A DNA stretch of 64,000 nt from an uncultured Candidatus Saccharibacteria bacterium (GCA_964634365.1 CAZWJU010000002.1:167150-231149), one strand, 5' to 3'. Positions 48,698-58,652 are shown, counted from the first letter of the stretch. Translations and numbers: made by a program. Notes: generated by a model from the sequence alone, not told the origin.

Positions 48698-49633
48698 TTA
48701 ATTATACACTTTTTGGTGTTTTGTACAGAAGTGAGCTGATCGTCCGCCAGTAACTATGCGCTCTATTTTTCCAGAACATTTTTTCTTGCCACATGTTTCA
48801 CCTTTTTTTCTATAAACATTGTGATGGTGATGAAAAGTACCCTTCTTGCCATCTGTATTTCTATAGTCACTTGTAGAATCTCCCCCGAAATCTATACCCT
48901 TCTTTAACACTTCTTTCATTGCGCCATAAAGCTGTTTCATTTGTTTTTTGGGTATTTTTGATACAACAGAAACTGGATGAATACCAGAGAGCCATAGCAT
49001 TTCATCAGAATAAATATTACCAATACCTGAAATCACCAATTGGTCCATCAAAACTTGTTTTATTTTTCCTTTTGGTTTCATACCAAGTGTTTCAATAAAC
49101 TTTTCAAATGTGAAACCACTCTCTAGTGGCTCTGGTCCAAGTTTTCCAAGATGACTTTTTGTGTGTATATCTTCTGTATTTACAATTTTTACTGTGCCAA
49201 ATTTTCTAGCATCGCAGAAAACCAAATGTTTACCATTTGAAAGTGAAAAAACAACATGAATAAATTTGTTGTATGAATCAGATAATGCCAAATTTTTTTC
49301 GCTTTCATCTGGAGACCAAGAATTTTTCTTTTTATCGTATTTGTATTTTCCGATCATCAGATGTCCGGTCATCTTCAGGTGTACTAAAATCGTATTTTCT
49401 CCAGTTATGTTTATGAGAATATTTTTTGCGCGACGTTCGGCTTTTATAAATTTTTGCCCAGCAACCTTTTTCTTGAACTCTTTGAAATAGGGAAGGTATT
49501 TTATTGTATGAACAAAGTCTTTGCGTGTAACTTTGTTTGTAGGCAAATCACTCCAAACATCTGTGATTGTAAGTTTTGGTAGGGCTTTGTTTAGACCGTT
49601 TGTTGTTGTTTGTACTTCAGGTAGCTCGGGCAT
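48698..49633 (-). CDS. mutM: Formamidopyrimidine-DNA glycosylase
   Basis: MPELPEV, HLKMTG, GIGNIY, C-terminal zinc finger. Confidence 0.95.
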   Translation of the reverse strand: MPELPEVQTTTNGLNKALPKLTITDVWSDLPTNKVTRKDFVHTIKYLPYFKEFKKKVAGQKFIKAERRAKNILINITGENTILVHLKMTGHLMIGKYKYDKKKNSWSPDESEKNLALSDSYNKFIHVVFSLSNGKHLVFCDARKFGTVKIVNTEDIHTKSHLGKLGPEPLESGFTFEKFIETLGMKPKGKIKQVLMDQLVISGIGNIYSDEMLWLSGIHPVSVVSKIPKKQMKQLYGAMKEVLKKGIDFGGDSTSDYRNTDGKKGTFHHHHNVYRKKGETCGKKKCSGKIERIVTGGRSAHFCTKHQKVYN

Positions 49634-49716
49634 ATAGATTAGGTTATATGGAAAAGGGGGTAGGTGCAAGTCTATTTGACTAAATTTCATTTAGCTGTTA
49701 TAGTAAAAAGAAAAAT

Positions 49717-49983
49717 ATGAAAAGCACTTTTATACTTATTTGGAAGCTTGTTTGTATAGGGTTCAAAAATGGTTCTGGTCAAATTTCAAAGGAAGAATTG
49801 TTGTATCAAAATGCACAAGTATTTATAAGATCCAAAGCCGCCACGGACTATGATGCAGTTAAGGCAATAAAAGATTGTTTAGACAATAAAAATATACCAG
49901 ATAAAAAAATTGATGAGCTTGTAGAATTATTTATAAAAGAAAGACCTAGTGCTACAAATAACTTAATAAATTTTTCAAAATAA
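49717..49983 (+). CDS. Hypothetical protein
   Basis: 88-aa ORF followed by terminator. Confidence 0.5.
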   Translation: MKSTFILIWKLVCIGFKNGSGQISKEELLYQNAQVFIRSKAATDYDAVKAIKDCLDNKNIPDKKIDELVELFIKERPSATNNLINFSK

Positions 49984-50010
49984 ATTTAAAAACGACTCCG
50001 ATGAGTCGTT

Positions 50011-50589
50011 TTATTTTTTTCCTAAAATTTTTAGAGCCTCTTTTATGCGAGCACTTGTGCCGACAATAGTATTGTCGATTTCTTTTAGTGCGTCACGAGC
50101 TTCGTTCTGTGAGTAGCCGAGAGATTTGAGTGCTTCGACAACATCACTTTCTGCGCGCAACATTCCTGGAGTATCGCCTGCGTTTACATGAGCGCGCAAT
50201 TTATCTCTCAGTTCAATCACAATTTTCTCGGCAGTCTTTCGTCCGATTCCAGAAACTTTTGTTAGATACGATGTATCGCCTGAGCCGATGGCTTGCCTCA
50301 GTGTGTCTATAGTAGTAGCTGAGAGTACTCCGAGTGCTGACTTTGGTCCTATACCAGACACAGATAGTAGCATCTCAAAGAAATCATGCTCCTCGGAGCT
50401 TATAAAGCCATATAAGTCTAGTGCGTCCTCTCGTACTGAAAGATATGTGTATAGGGCCACAGAGTCTTTTTTGGTCACAATAGAGAGTGTTTCTGGGGAG
50501 CAGTATATTCTGTATCCGACACCTTTTACGTCCAAAATAACCCACTTTTCGCTCGCTTCTATTACGTCGCCTTCTAGTCTTGCAATCAT
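50011..50589 (-). CDS. ruvA: Holliday junction binding protein
   Basis: GVGY, VRED..LYGF, VSGIGPK, GIGRKTA. Confidence 0.96.
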   Translation of the reverse strand: MIARLEGDVIEASEKWVILDVKGVGYRIYCSPETLSIVTKKDSVALYTYLSVREDALDLYGFISSEEHDFFEMLLSVSGIGPKSALGVLSATTIDTLRQAIGSGDTSYLTKVSGIGRKTAEKIVIELRDKLRAHVNAGDTPGMLRAESDVVEALKSLGYSQNEARDALKEIDNTIVGTSARIKEALKILGKK

Positions 50590-50651
50590 TTTTACAGTAT
50601 AACTTACGAATCTCTTTTTTAAAATGAGACATAAACCTGTATACTTTGTGT

Positions 50652-52196
50652 ATGGAAAAAAATGAAAGTCTAGTTTTAAATCAAAAAACCGTAGAAAATC
50701 CTGAGGAAAATATTTTCTCTGAAATCAAACACAACCTCCTGCGAATATATAGTCTATTGAATAACCCAGAAACAATCACTTCAGAAAAAATATCTGAAAC
50801 AACACTAGAGATAGAAAAAGCAGTGGATGCTATATATAGTTTGGATATAAAAATAATTTTGGAAGATCAGAATTTTCGAATGGAGATTATTCGATATATA
50901 AATTCGATATATTCTCAGATACCAACTTTTGGATATTCGCCAGACTATGACAAGAATCTAGAAGATATATACAGAAACATAGGGCATGTCGTGTACAAGC
51001 TTCAAGAAGATCTTTATAAAAATCAGGATAGATATGATTTGGATAAGATAGATATCGAATTGGGTCGCATTAAGAATCCTGTTTTAATAGCCAACGATCT
51101 TTTTTTATTTTTCTCGTTGATTGAGAGATACGGTGGAGGCATGTCCAATTATATGGATTTAGCAGAAAAAGCACTTTTCAATTCTAGAGACAATATATCC
51201 GTCGCTTTTTCAAGATATAGTGTTGAGCCAGACGGAACAGCTTTTTTACTTGTTAGAATTTATCAAAAAGCAGAGAGTGATGCAAAAGAAAAAATAGATG
51301 CTTTTCTAGAGGAAGAAATAAAAAAGGGTAACTATACAACATTTGAAGACATACTAAAAAGTGAGCGCAGGACTGCTGTTGAGAAGAAGTGTTTTGAATT
51401 GCTCAACAATCTTTTTGTAAAAGAATTTGGAATTACCAAGAAAAATTTTGCTGAAGGATTGAACTATCAAGATGGTATTATAAAAAAGAACTTACTCGCG
51501 ATGAATTTCATTGAAAATATTCATCCAGGTGGAGTTAGAGAGCTAAATGAAAAATACAACATACACGAATTTAGAAGGTATTCATTTGATATGCTCGTAT
51601 CTCAGCTTGAGCATCAAGACGACCAGCTTCCATATGGTCTTGTGATATTCCCGCGCTCTGACCACAATGGAGCTTTTGATAAAATAGGTGGCAGTATCTA
51701 CAATGTTTTTCGAGATACAAAAGACAAGCTTTTGCTTCGAATTTATGAGGCATCTAGCAAATATGATATTGCACGCATCTTTTTAGAATGTGATAAAAAA
51801 TACGGAGAAGAAAATAAAATCTCATATCTTATTTTAGGTGGACACGGACAACGCGAGCTTTTGAACTTAGGGTCTCATGTCGCTAGGCATGTTGGAGAGT
51901 CAAACAAAAATTATATTTTTAAACATGATTTTTTAGGAAAGGGGGTAAAAAAATCTGAAAAGTTTTTTGTTGAAAAACCAACCATAGCACTCATATCTTG
52001 TTCTACAGGAGAAGACAATGGATTGATCGATAATTTCTCAAAAACATACAACGCAGAAGTGGTCGCACCAAAGATCCCAACAAGCGTTAGAGATATAAAA
52101 GCTAAATTTGATAAATCTGGGCAGGTTCACTTTGATATAGAGTGGACAGACGAAGGTGCAAATAGTTTGCGTGTAGGAGGGGAAAAGGTTTCCTAA
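50652..52196 (+). CDS. Hypothetical protein with C-terminal caspase-like (clan CD) His/Cys motif
   Basis: LILGGHG...IALISCSTG. Confidence 0.55.
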   Translation: MEKNESLVLNQKTVENPEENIFSEIKHNLLRIYSLLNNPETITSEKISETTLEIEKAVDAIYSLDIKIILEDQNFRMEIIRYINSIYSQIPTFGYSPDYDKNLEDIYRNIGHVVYKLQEDLYKNQDRYDLDKIDIELGRIKNPVLIANDLFLFFSLIERYGGGMSNYMDLAEKALFNSRDNISVAFSRYSVEPDGTAFLLVRIYQKAESDAKEKIDAFLEEEIKKGNYTTFEDILKSERRTAVEKKCFELLNNLFVKEFGITKKNFAEGLNYQDGIIKKNLLAMNFIENIHPGGVRELNEKYNIHEFRRYSFDMLVSQLEHQDDQLPYGLVIFPRSDHNGAFDKIGGSIYNVFRDTKDKLLLRIYEASSKYDIARIFLECDKKYGEENKISYLILGGHGQRELLNLGSHVARHVGESNKNYIFKHDFLGKGVKKSEKFFVEKPTIALISCSTGEDNGLIDNFSKTYNAEVVAPKIPTSVRDIKAKFDKSGQVHFDIEWTDEGANSLRVGGEKVS

Positions 52197-52199
52197 TCC

Positions 52200-52283
52200 C
52201 CCTGCCCAGTTAGAGAATACTTTTTCTAATACAAATCAACAGAATATAAGAAGTGGCTCGATTGAGTGGTTTCTCTAACAGGG
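52200..52283. repeat. Short inverted-repeat element before the rpsT promoter
   Basis: CCCTG..GTTAGAGAA...TTCTCTAACAGGG followed by TTTACA...TATAGT. Confidence 0.45.
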
Positions 52284-52394
52284 TTTACAAAATAGGATTT
52301 TTTGCTATAGTAGTAAGACAAGAAAAGTGTTGTGTCTCAATACTCTCTTGGGAAAAATCCCCGGAAAATTAATTGAATAATATCTAAGTAAAAT

Positions 52395-52646
52395 ATGCCA
52401 ATTACAAAATCAGCAAAAAAAGCACTTCGTGGTTCAGAGCGCAAAAAGGTTATAAACGACCGCCGCACAAAGATCATGAAAGACACAATCAAGCGCGTTG
52501 AAAAGCTAGCAAAGGAAAACAAGTCCGATGCAAAGAAAATGCTCCCGAGCGCATATGCAGCAATCGACAAAGCTATGAAGCGCGGTGTTATCAAGAAAAA
52601 CAACGCTTCTCGCAAGAAAGCTCGTCTATCTAAAATCACAAAATAA
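52395..52646 (+). CDS. rpsT: 30S ribosomal protein S20
   Basis: MPITKSAKKALR...IDKA..GVIKKNNASRKKARL. Confidence 0.96.
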   Translation: MPITKSAKKALRGSERKKVINDRRTKIMKDTIKRVEKLAKENKSDAKKMLPSAYAAIDKAMKRGVIKKNNASRKKARLSKITK

Positions 52647-52741
52647 ACAAAAAACTCCACGAAAGTGGGGTTTTTTGTTGTATAGCCGAAAACTTGTTTT
52701 TACGATACACTAAGGAAGTTAATATTAAGCTAAATAAAAAA

Positions 52742-53002
52742 ATGCCATTAATCAATTTTTACGGAGAAGAGTGCCCACATTGCCAACATATGCATACTGT
52801 AGTCGAAAAACTCGAGAAAGAAGAGGGGATAAAAGTAGAAAAGATGGAAGTCTGGCACAACAAGGAAAATTTAAAGAAACTTGAAGACCTCGACAAGGGT
52901 GTGTGTGGTGGAGTGCCGTTTTTCATAAATACAGAAACAGGCAAGACTATTTGTGGCGAAGCTGAGTACGAAGCTCTAAAATCTTGGGCAAAAGGGGAAT
53001 AA
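52742..53002 (+). CDS. Thioredoxin/glutaredoxin-like protein
   Basis: FYGEECPHC, EVWHN, CGGVPF. Confidence 0.88.
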   Translation: MPLINFYGEECPHCQHMHTVVEKLEKEEGIKVEKMEVWHNKENLKKLEDLDKGVCGGVPFFINTETGKTICGEAEYEALKSWAKGE

Positions 53003-53073
53003 AAATAAAAACACCCATCTCGGGTGTTTTTATTTACAAAATCCTTAAAATACAGTATATTTCAATCTGCTAC

Positions 53074-53145
53074 GGCCCCGTAGTTCAACGGATAGAATGC
53101 AAGATTGCGGATCTTGTGATCCAAGTTCGATTCTTGGCGGGGTCA
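53074..53145 (+). tRNA. tRNA-Arg(GCG)
   Basis: GGCCCCG...CAAGA-TTGCGGA-TCTTG...GTTCGATTC...CGGGGTC-A. Confidence 0.92.
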
Positions 53146-53412
53146 CATATAAGAAAAAGACTGGACTGCTCCAGCCTTTTTCTTATATGTGACGGGCGCA
53201 GTGATGTTTTATTAGAGAACAAAACCACGAGCCGGGGTCGAGAAATTTTGCGAGTGGCGACGAGTAAAATATTCGTGACCACAAGGTGGTATAATGAGCA
53301 GACTTAGTAACTTGTGACCACATTAAATCTCTATGTGACGACAAGAAATTGTTTGTAGCCACACTACTAAAAGTCGCGATAAATTTCCATCAGGAAATTT
53401 ACTTGTGATCAT
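53146..53412 (+). repeat. tRNA-associated hairpin element (Arg-GCG locus) with extra partial copies
   Basis: 23-bp stem with ACTGCT apex (53142-53193); GACGG..GAGCCGGGGTCG..GTGACC; further TGTGA(C) ends near 53313, 53334 and 53404. Confidence 0.75.
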
Positions 53413-53614
53413 ACCTAAAAATACCAAAAGGTGTTTTTTAGATCTATACCTTGTAGAATATATAATATTGACTTAATATTATATTTATGCTATAATTCTA
53501 AAATAGCTCTTTAAACTATATTGATTTGCATCAATATTTATTGAGTTTTCTTGGTTTCTTATTAGGGGATTCAAGATGACTCAGTAAATATTTAAATTTA
53601 AATCAATATAAAAC

Positions 53615-54103
53615 ATGGGATACGAATTAAGAAAGGTGCCGGCAAGTTGGGAGCACCCAAAAAATGAAAAAGGTAATTACATACCACTTTTTGGTGGTAG
53701 TTACTCAAAATATTCAAAACACTTTGATATCCGCAGAGAAATGTGGAACAAAGGTTTTGATTTAAGTACGAATATTATAGAAGGAAAAATCGTAAATAAC
53801 TGGATTCCTAAAGATAAAGATAATACAGATTCTTTTGAGGACTGGTGGGATGGAGAAAAAAGAACGCCGGTAGACTATATGCCGGATTGGACTGAAGCTG
53901 AGCTCACGCATTTTCAAATGTATGAGAACGTTACAGAAGGAACGCCAATTTCTCCGGTTTTTGAAAAACCTGAAGACCTTGCTCATTGGTTGGGATTGAA
54001 TCTTGATAATAATTTATATCCATATACACAAGCTGAATGGCTTGTGATAATTAAAAAACCTGATGACCCCTCAACAAGTTTGATAATCCCCATCCAAACT
54101 TGA
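53615..54103 (+). CDS. Hypothetical protein, phage-like
   Basis: R.VP..WEHP, YMPDW, QMYE.VTEGTPISPVF; promoter TTGACT-N17-TATAAT at 53468-53496. Confidence 0.7.
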   Translation: MGYELRKVPASWEHPKNEKGNYIPLFGGSYSKYSKHFDIRREMWNKGFDLSTNIIEGKIVNNWIPKDKDNTDSFEDWWDGEKRTPVDYMPDWTEAELTHFQMYENVTEGTPISPVFEKPEDLAHWLGLNLDNNLYPYTQAEWLVIIKKPDDPSTSLIIPIQT

Positions 54104-54159
54104 TGTGCTCAAAATTAAATTAAATATTTTTATAAAAAGGCTTCATAACGAAGCCTTTT

Positions 54160-54633
54160 CTAAAACCCCAACACATCCAATATCTTATGAAGTCCTGGTT
54201 CGTGGAGCTCTTCTTCTTTCATGTATTTCAATAAAAATTCTTTTAGTCCGTCGGTGTCTACGTTTTCAGGTATAAGTATTGTGATATGTGGGAGTATTGT
54301 TCGGTCTATGTGGATTATGAGTTCATTATGAGATTCGTGCTCACCGATCCAAAATGCTTTTATTTTATGGTAAGGGAAAAAGTAACTTCCAATACGGATA
54401 CCTTTTTCATTTATAGTATAAGTTACTAAATCTGGTTTTTTTACACTAAAAATAGCGATACTTATACTTGCAAGTAAAATGAAAATTCCAAAAAGATAAT
54501 TTTTGAAAACAAAAGATGCAATACATGTAGAGATTGCAATAATACCAAGTGCCCAATACCAATCTACTTTTCTTTCTCGGTATTCATATTCAAGTGCTTG
54601 CCAGGTTGCACTGATCTTGCCCTGTTCGTCCAT
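54160..54633 (-). CDS. Two-TM hypothetical protein
   Basis: W.A.EY...DWYW, two TMs, PH-like beta C-terminus. Confidence 0.7.
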   Translation of the reverse strand: MDEQGKISATWQALEYEYRERKVDWYWALGIIAISTCIASFVFKNYLFGIFILLASISIAIFSVKKPDLVTYTINEKGIRIGSYFFPYHKIKAFWIGEHESHNELIIHIDRTILPHITILIPENVDTDGLKEFLLKYMKEEELHEPGLHKILDVLGF

Positions 54634-54697
54634 ATGTAAACTTTACCATGAACTTGTTTTAAAAAACATAATCCCCCGATAGATTCGGGGGATTTCT

Positions 54698-55519
54698 TTA
54701 TGTGGTTTTTTTTATTTTTATAAAACCGATTTTTTCTAGGAAAAGCATCCAGTGATAATACATATCGTACTGGCCTTCAGTACCGAAGTTTGGACTGCTT
54801 GGATATTTGTGGTGGTCGTTGTGATACGATTCTCCGCCCATCAATATATCGTGCTCAAAAAGATTTTTCGATGAATCTCCGGTTTCGTGCGGAGCATCAC
54901 CGTATTTGTGAGCAAACCAATTTATCATAACTCCATGCAGTGGGCCCATTATGAAATGGATTAGCAAGAGTGGATAGCACCAAAGTGGGGGATCTATAGA
55001 GATGTATATAAATATATATATCCCCATCCAAGTCAGTCTACACCACCATGAGCTCGCAAATTTATCAAAGCTTTCCCACTCGGGAACATTTTCTTTGAAC
55101 TTTTCATCTACTCTATATTTTCCAGACCCTATGTCACTGTAGTAGACTTTTGTCCTCCACATAAGCTGGAAAAGTCCCCAGGGTCCATGGAACATATCTG
55201 CTGGGTGAGGGTCCGCCGGGCTATCTGAATATGCATGATGGAGTCTGTGTAACAGTCCATATATGTAAGCTGATAGATACGATGGACCCATCAGTATAAA
55301 CGCAAGTATCCAAAAAGCTTTTTCAACTCTCGAGCTCATTTGGATTTGCCCGTGAGCCGAATACCGATGCATAAATATACTCTGTATTCCCAAAGATAGG
55401 TACCAGTGACACACCAGTAGTACCAGTATGATGGGTGGTACGTACAGTAAGGCTGCTGCCACAAGAACTAAAACTATTCCGTATAGGATTATCTTTTTCA
55501 AATCTCTCATTGTGTACAA
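54698..55519 (-). CDS. Membrane fatty-acid (acyl-CoA) desaturase
   Basis: His boxes HRYSAH, HRLHH, HNDHH; NWFAH. Confidence 0.9.
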   Translation of the reverse strand: MYTMRDLKKIILYGIVLVLVAAALLYVPPIILVLLVCHWYLSLGIQSIFMHRYSAHGQIQMSSRVEKAFWILAFILMGPSYLSAYIYGLLHRLHHAYSDSPADPHPADMFHGPWGLFQLMWRTKVYYSDIGSGKYRVDEKFKENVPEWESFDKFASSWWCRLTWMGIYIFIYISIDPPLWCYPLLLIHFIMGPLHGVMINWFAHKYGDAPHETGDSSKNLFEHDILMGGESYHNDHHKYPSSPNFGTEGQYDMYYHWMLFLEKIGFIKIKKTT

Positions 55520-55583
55520 ATTTGAGATTAGTCTAGCACAAGATAAACAAAAATCCCCTGTTTTTAGTCAGGGGATTTTTGTT

Positions 55584-56315
55584 TTATTCAAATGATTTTT
55601 TTAGTTCTACGCGTGCTGTTTCTAGTGAGCTTTTGAATTGTTCTTGGACAATTTTCATCTTTTCAGAAGTTTGTGTTTCGTAGATTTCGATAGAAGTTTT
55701 AGGATCTTGAGATTTGATTGTATTTTTTAGATTTTCTCTAGCTTGCTCCATCGCAGACTTTAGATTTTCACGAATATCTCTAGTTGAAACATCGTTTTCA
55801 CATTGGGCACTGATATCACTGATAGCAGAGTTCACACTAGCTTTGAATTCGTCTACAGCGCTCCCAGCTATTTCGTTTCTGTTCTCCATAGCAGTGTTTA
55901 TGTTTGATCTATAGTCTTTTATGATCTCGTCTATCGCTACTCTGCGAACCTCAAGTGCGTTTTTTACTGATGTTTCATAGTTTGCGATAGCTTGTCTCTG
56001 TGCATCTGTTGTTGCTTTTGTATTTAGACTAGCGATTTGGGTTGATAGTACTGTATCAGCTTCGAGTCTTTTTGCTTCGCGCTTTGCGTCTATTTCAGCC
56101 CACTTGCTACCAAGATCAGTCATACGGTTTTCTTTTTTTGTTTCAAACATTGTTTCACGCTCAGTGATTTTACTAGATATCTTTGCGTCTATTTCGTTCC
56201 ACTCAGAGCAAAAAATACTTGCTCTATCAAAAGGGCTTGCAGCAAAAGTTTGTGTAGCAAAAAACAATGCAAACAAACTCAATATTGTAATGTTTATTTT
56301 ATATATTTTCTTCAT
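55584..56315 (-). CDS. Secreted coiled-coil protein
   Basis: Signal peptide TFA|AS; helical; third gene of the ECF operon. Confidence 0.7.
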   Translation of the reverse strand: MKKIYKINITILSLFALFFATQTFAASPFDRASIFCSEWNEIDAKISSKITERETMFETKKENRMTDLGSKWAEIDAKREAKRLEADTVLSTQIASLNTKATTDAQRQAIANYETSVKNALEVRRVAIDEIIKDYRSNINTAMENRNEIAGSAVDEFKASVNSAISDISAQCENDVSTRDIRENLKSAMEQARENLKNTIKSQDPKTSIEIYETQTSEKMKIVQEQFKSSLETARVELKKSFE

Positions 56316-56793
56316 AAAATGGTTGATTAAAATCACTCGTAATATCGCTTTCTGCTACTGCTAAGACAAAAGATCCTTCCTCTGCAAATAAATCCGAGTC
56401 ATCTTCAATACTATACAGTGAATCTTCGATTATGACAATAGGCTCTTTGATCTGTGTAGGTAGTGCAACCTTTTGTGTGTGCTGGTATTCTGGTAGCAAT
56501 ACAAGTGTTAAAAGTAGTGCGCTTGGTACAAGTATCATGCCCATCTTCCACCAAGAAGTTTTAACCGGCTGGCGTGCATCCACATAAACCTTTTTGCTTT
56601 TAGGTATTTGCCCCAAGATTGAGTTCAGTACTTCTTTTGGAGCTATGACAGATTTTTCTTTTAATCGAGCGGATTCAAAGAAGGATACTAGGCTATCTAT
56701 ATTTTCATCGTGGCTGTTTTCCAAAGAAAATACCTCATTTAGTTCTTTTTCTAAATCAAGGTCTCTTATTTTGTTTTTATTTATATTTTTCAT
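56299..56793 (-). CDS. Putative anti-sigma factor
   Basis: Single TM; ATGA overlap with ECF sigma gene. Confidence 0.6.
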   Translation of the reverse strand: MKNINKNKIRDLDLEKELNEVFSLENSHDENIDSLVSFFESARLKEKSVIAPKEVLNSILGQIPKSKKVYVDARQPVKTSWWKMGMILVPSALLLTLVLLPEYQHTQKVALPTQIKEPIVIIEDSLYSIEDDSDLFAEEGSFVLAVAESDITSDFNQPFYEENI

Positions 56794-57356
56794 TTGTTTT
56801 TATTTAAATTTTCTTTGAGTATTTTTAGTGCTCGCGATTGAAGTTGTCTTATCGCATCTTCTCTTTTATTTAAGACTGTAGAGATTTCTTTGTAAGACAT
56901 GTCATGTATAAATCTCATGGTGACCACTTCTCGCTGTTCTTCGGTTAGATTTTGCATAGCTTTTTCGACTGATGCGAATTCTATTTGTGTGTCTATCGTC
57001 TCCTCGATCCCAGTCTCTTCCGAGGGTATTTCTGGCATCTCTTCGCTGTCTAAGATATACAGATCTTTTTTCTTCCTTCGGTAATCTATCAAGGTGTTTC
57101 TAGCTACTGTATAGAAGTAAGCCAGAGGCTCGTTTTTAGATACCTCTACCGTGTCCAAGGATTTGTAAACTTTCAGAAACACAGTTTGAGACAGGTCGGA
57201 AGCTTCGTCTTTATCTTTAAGTCTAAAGTATAAATATCGATATATAGGAGTATAAAAAAGCTCATAGAGCTTACCGTACGCATCATTATTTCCAGCTTTT
57301 GCTAGCTCTATTAGTTGTTTTGGGTCCATATTTTCACCTATCGATATATCTCTCAT
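56790..57356 (-). CDS. ECF sigma factor
   Basis: A.DL.Q.VFLK, ARNTLIDY.R, L...QREV...MSYKEI. Confidence 0.93.
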   Translation of the reverse strand: MRDISIGENMDPKQLIELAKAGNNDAYGKLYELFYTPIYRYLYFRLKDKDEASDLSQTVFLKVYKSLDTVEVSKNEPLAYFYTVARNTLIDYRRKKKDLYILDSEEMPEIPSEETGIEETIDTQIEFASVEKAMQNLTEEQREVVTMRFIHDMSYKEISTVLNKREDAIRQLQSRALKILKENLNKNK

Positions 57357-57427
57357 ATATAACGTATAGTATAGCTTTTTGTGATTTTTCCGCCAAAAGA
57401 AAATAGAGGCACTCGGCCTCTATGTGT

Positions 57428-57997
57428 TTAAATCCCCAATATTTCTTGCCAGTTATCCATATCCCACCTGATACGTTTGTTTTCGGTCAGATGACGGTTG
57501 TAGGACGTGTCGTAGACTATATGTTCCCATATAGGCACCTCTCGGAGTCCGGTGATGTCTGGTCTGTCGTCAATCAGCATATCTCCGCCCACAATAGTCT
57601 TGTCATAGGCATAGGTAACTTTTTTCGTATATTTTTTACCGAGATACTTTTCGATCCATTCATGCTTTTCAGAAAGCGAGTGCCCAGCATAGTGGAGCGG
57701 GGTGGTGCAGAGCATAATTTCATGCCCGCGACTCTCGATTAATTTTATAGCTTCAATGCTACCTGGGATTGGTTTGAGTTTTTTGAAGAACTCTTTTTGG
57801 TAATATATTGAGATTATTTGTTGCCTCAGCTCTTCTGGGAAGTTGTCTTCCAGAAAATAATTTAACCTGTCTTTCAATTTGTCTTTGTGTTCTGGAGGAC
57901 AAATTTTTTCCCATATTTCTAAAAAACCTGTTTCAAAATCCGCCAACACTCCGTCCTGATCAATCAGATATAATTTCAAGTGTTTGTGTATGTACAT
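57428..57997 (-). CDS. 5'(3')-deoxyribonucleotidase (NT5C, HAD family)
   Basis: DQDGVLADF, EK.EW, DK..V.GD.LIDD.P, YN. Confidence 0.88.
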   Translation of the reverse strand: MYIHKHLKLYLIDQDGVLADFETGFLEIWEKICPPEHKDKLKDRLNYFLEDNFPEELRQQIISIYYQKEFFKKLKPIPGSIEAIKLIESRGHEIMLCTTPLHYAGHSLSEKHEWIEKYLGKKYTKKVTYAYDKTIVGGDMLIDDRPDITGLREVPIWEHIVYDTSYNRHLTENKRIRWDMDNWQEILGI

Positions 57998-58066
57998 ACG
58001 TATTTATTTGTCTGCACATTACCACAGAATATAGAAAAATCAAATCCACCCAAATGGGTGGATTAT

Positions 58067-58585
58067 TTATTTACAAAACGACTTAAACAACTCAATTAAT
58101 TCTTTTTTTCGGTTTTCATTAAGAGAGGAGAGTTTATAATCACTTTTCGGAGAAAATCTATCCCAAGGTTTGCCTGTTACCATAAGTGTATATGTAAGAT
58201 TTTCGAGTGGTCTTACATAATGCCAGCCATCAGGATCAATCATTTCATATTCATCACCTTCATTTAATACAATCGTGCAAGCTATAGGCGGGTATTCTTC
58301 ACCCTTACCATAGCCAACCCCCATTTCATATCTTCCCTTAAGTATTTTCATTCCACTAGGCCAAGGATGTGGATGATAGAGAACTTCTTCGCGTGTACAT
58401 GGATGAATCGCGTGGAGTGATATCCGGAAATCCTCGAATTCAGTCCAGAGTCTTTCCACATATGGATGCTCATAATTTACAAATAAACTTTTCCATAATT
58501 CTGGTTTATCCAGAAGGGAAGGTAATATTTTTTCAATTTTTTCCAAAAGATTAATGTAATCTCCAGTTTCTTTTTTAGTTTTCAT
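58067..58585 (-). CDS. Cupin-like metal-binding hypothetical protein
   Basis: LH.IHPC, HPHPWP, E, WHYVRP; start reassigned to MKTKKE. Confidence 0.7.
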   Translation of the reverse strand: MKTKKETGDYINLLEKIEKILPSLLDKPELWKSLFVNYEHPYVERLWTEFEDFRISLHAIHPCTREEVLYHPHPWPSGMKILKGRYEMGVGYGKGEEYPPIACTIVLNEGDEYEMIDPDGWHYVRPLENLTYTLMVTGKPWDRFSPKSDYKLSSLNENRKKELIELFKSFCK

Positions 58586-58631
58586 AATACTTTTTCTTTT
58601 AGTATGTGCTTCTTTACAAATATGTACAAAA

Positions 58632-58649
58632 TGTCGTACAATTACGACA
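58632..58649. promoter_or_regulatory. Palindromic operator candidate
   Basis: TGTCGTA-caat-TACGACA 3 bp before the TrmB start codon. Confidence 0.55.
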
Positions 58650-58652
58650 ACA

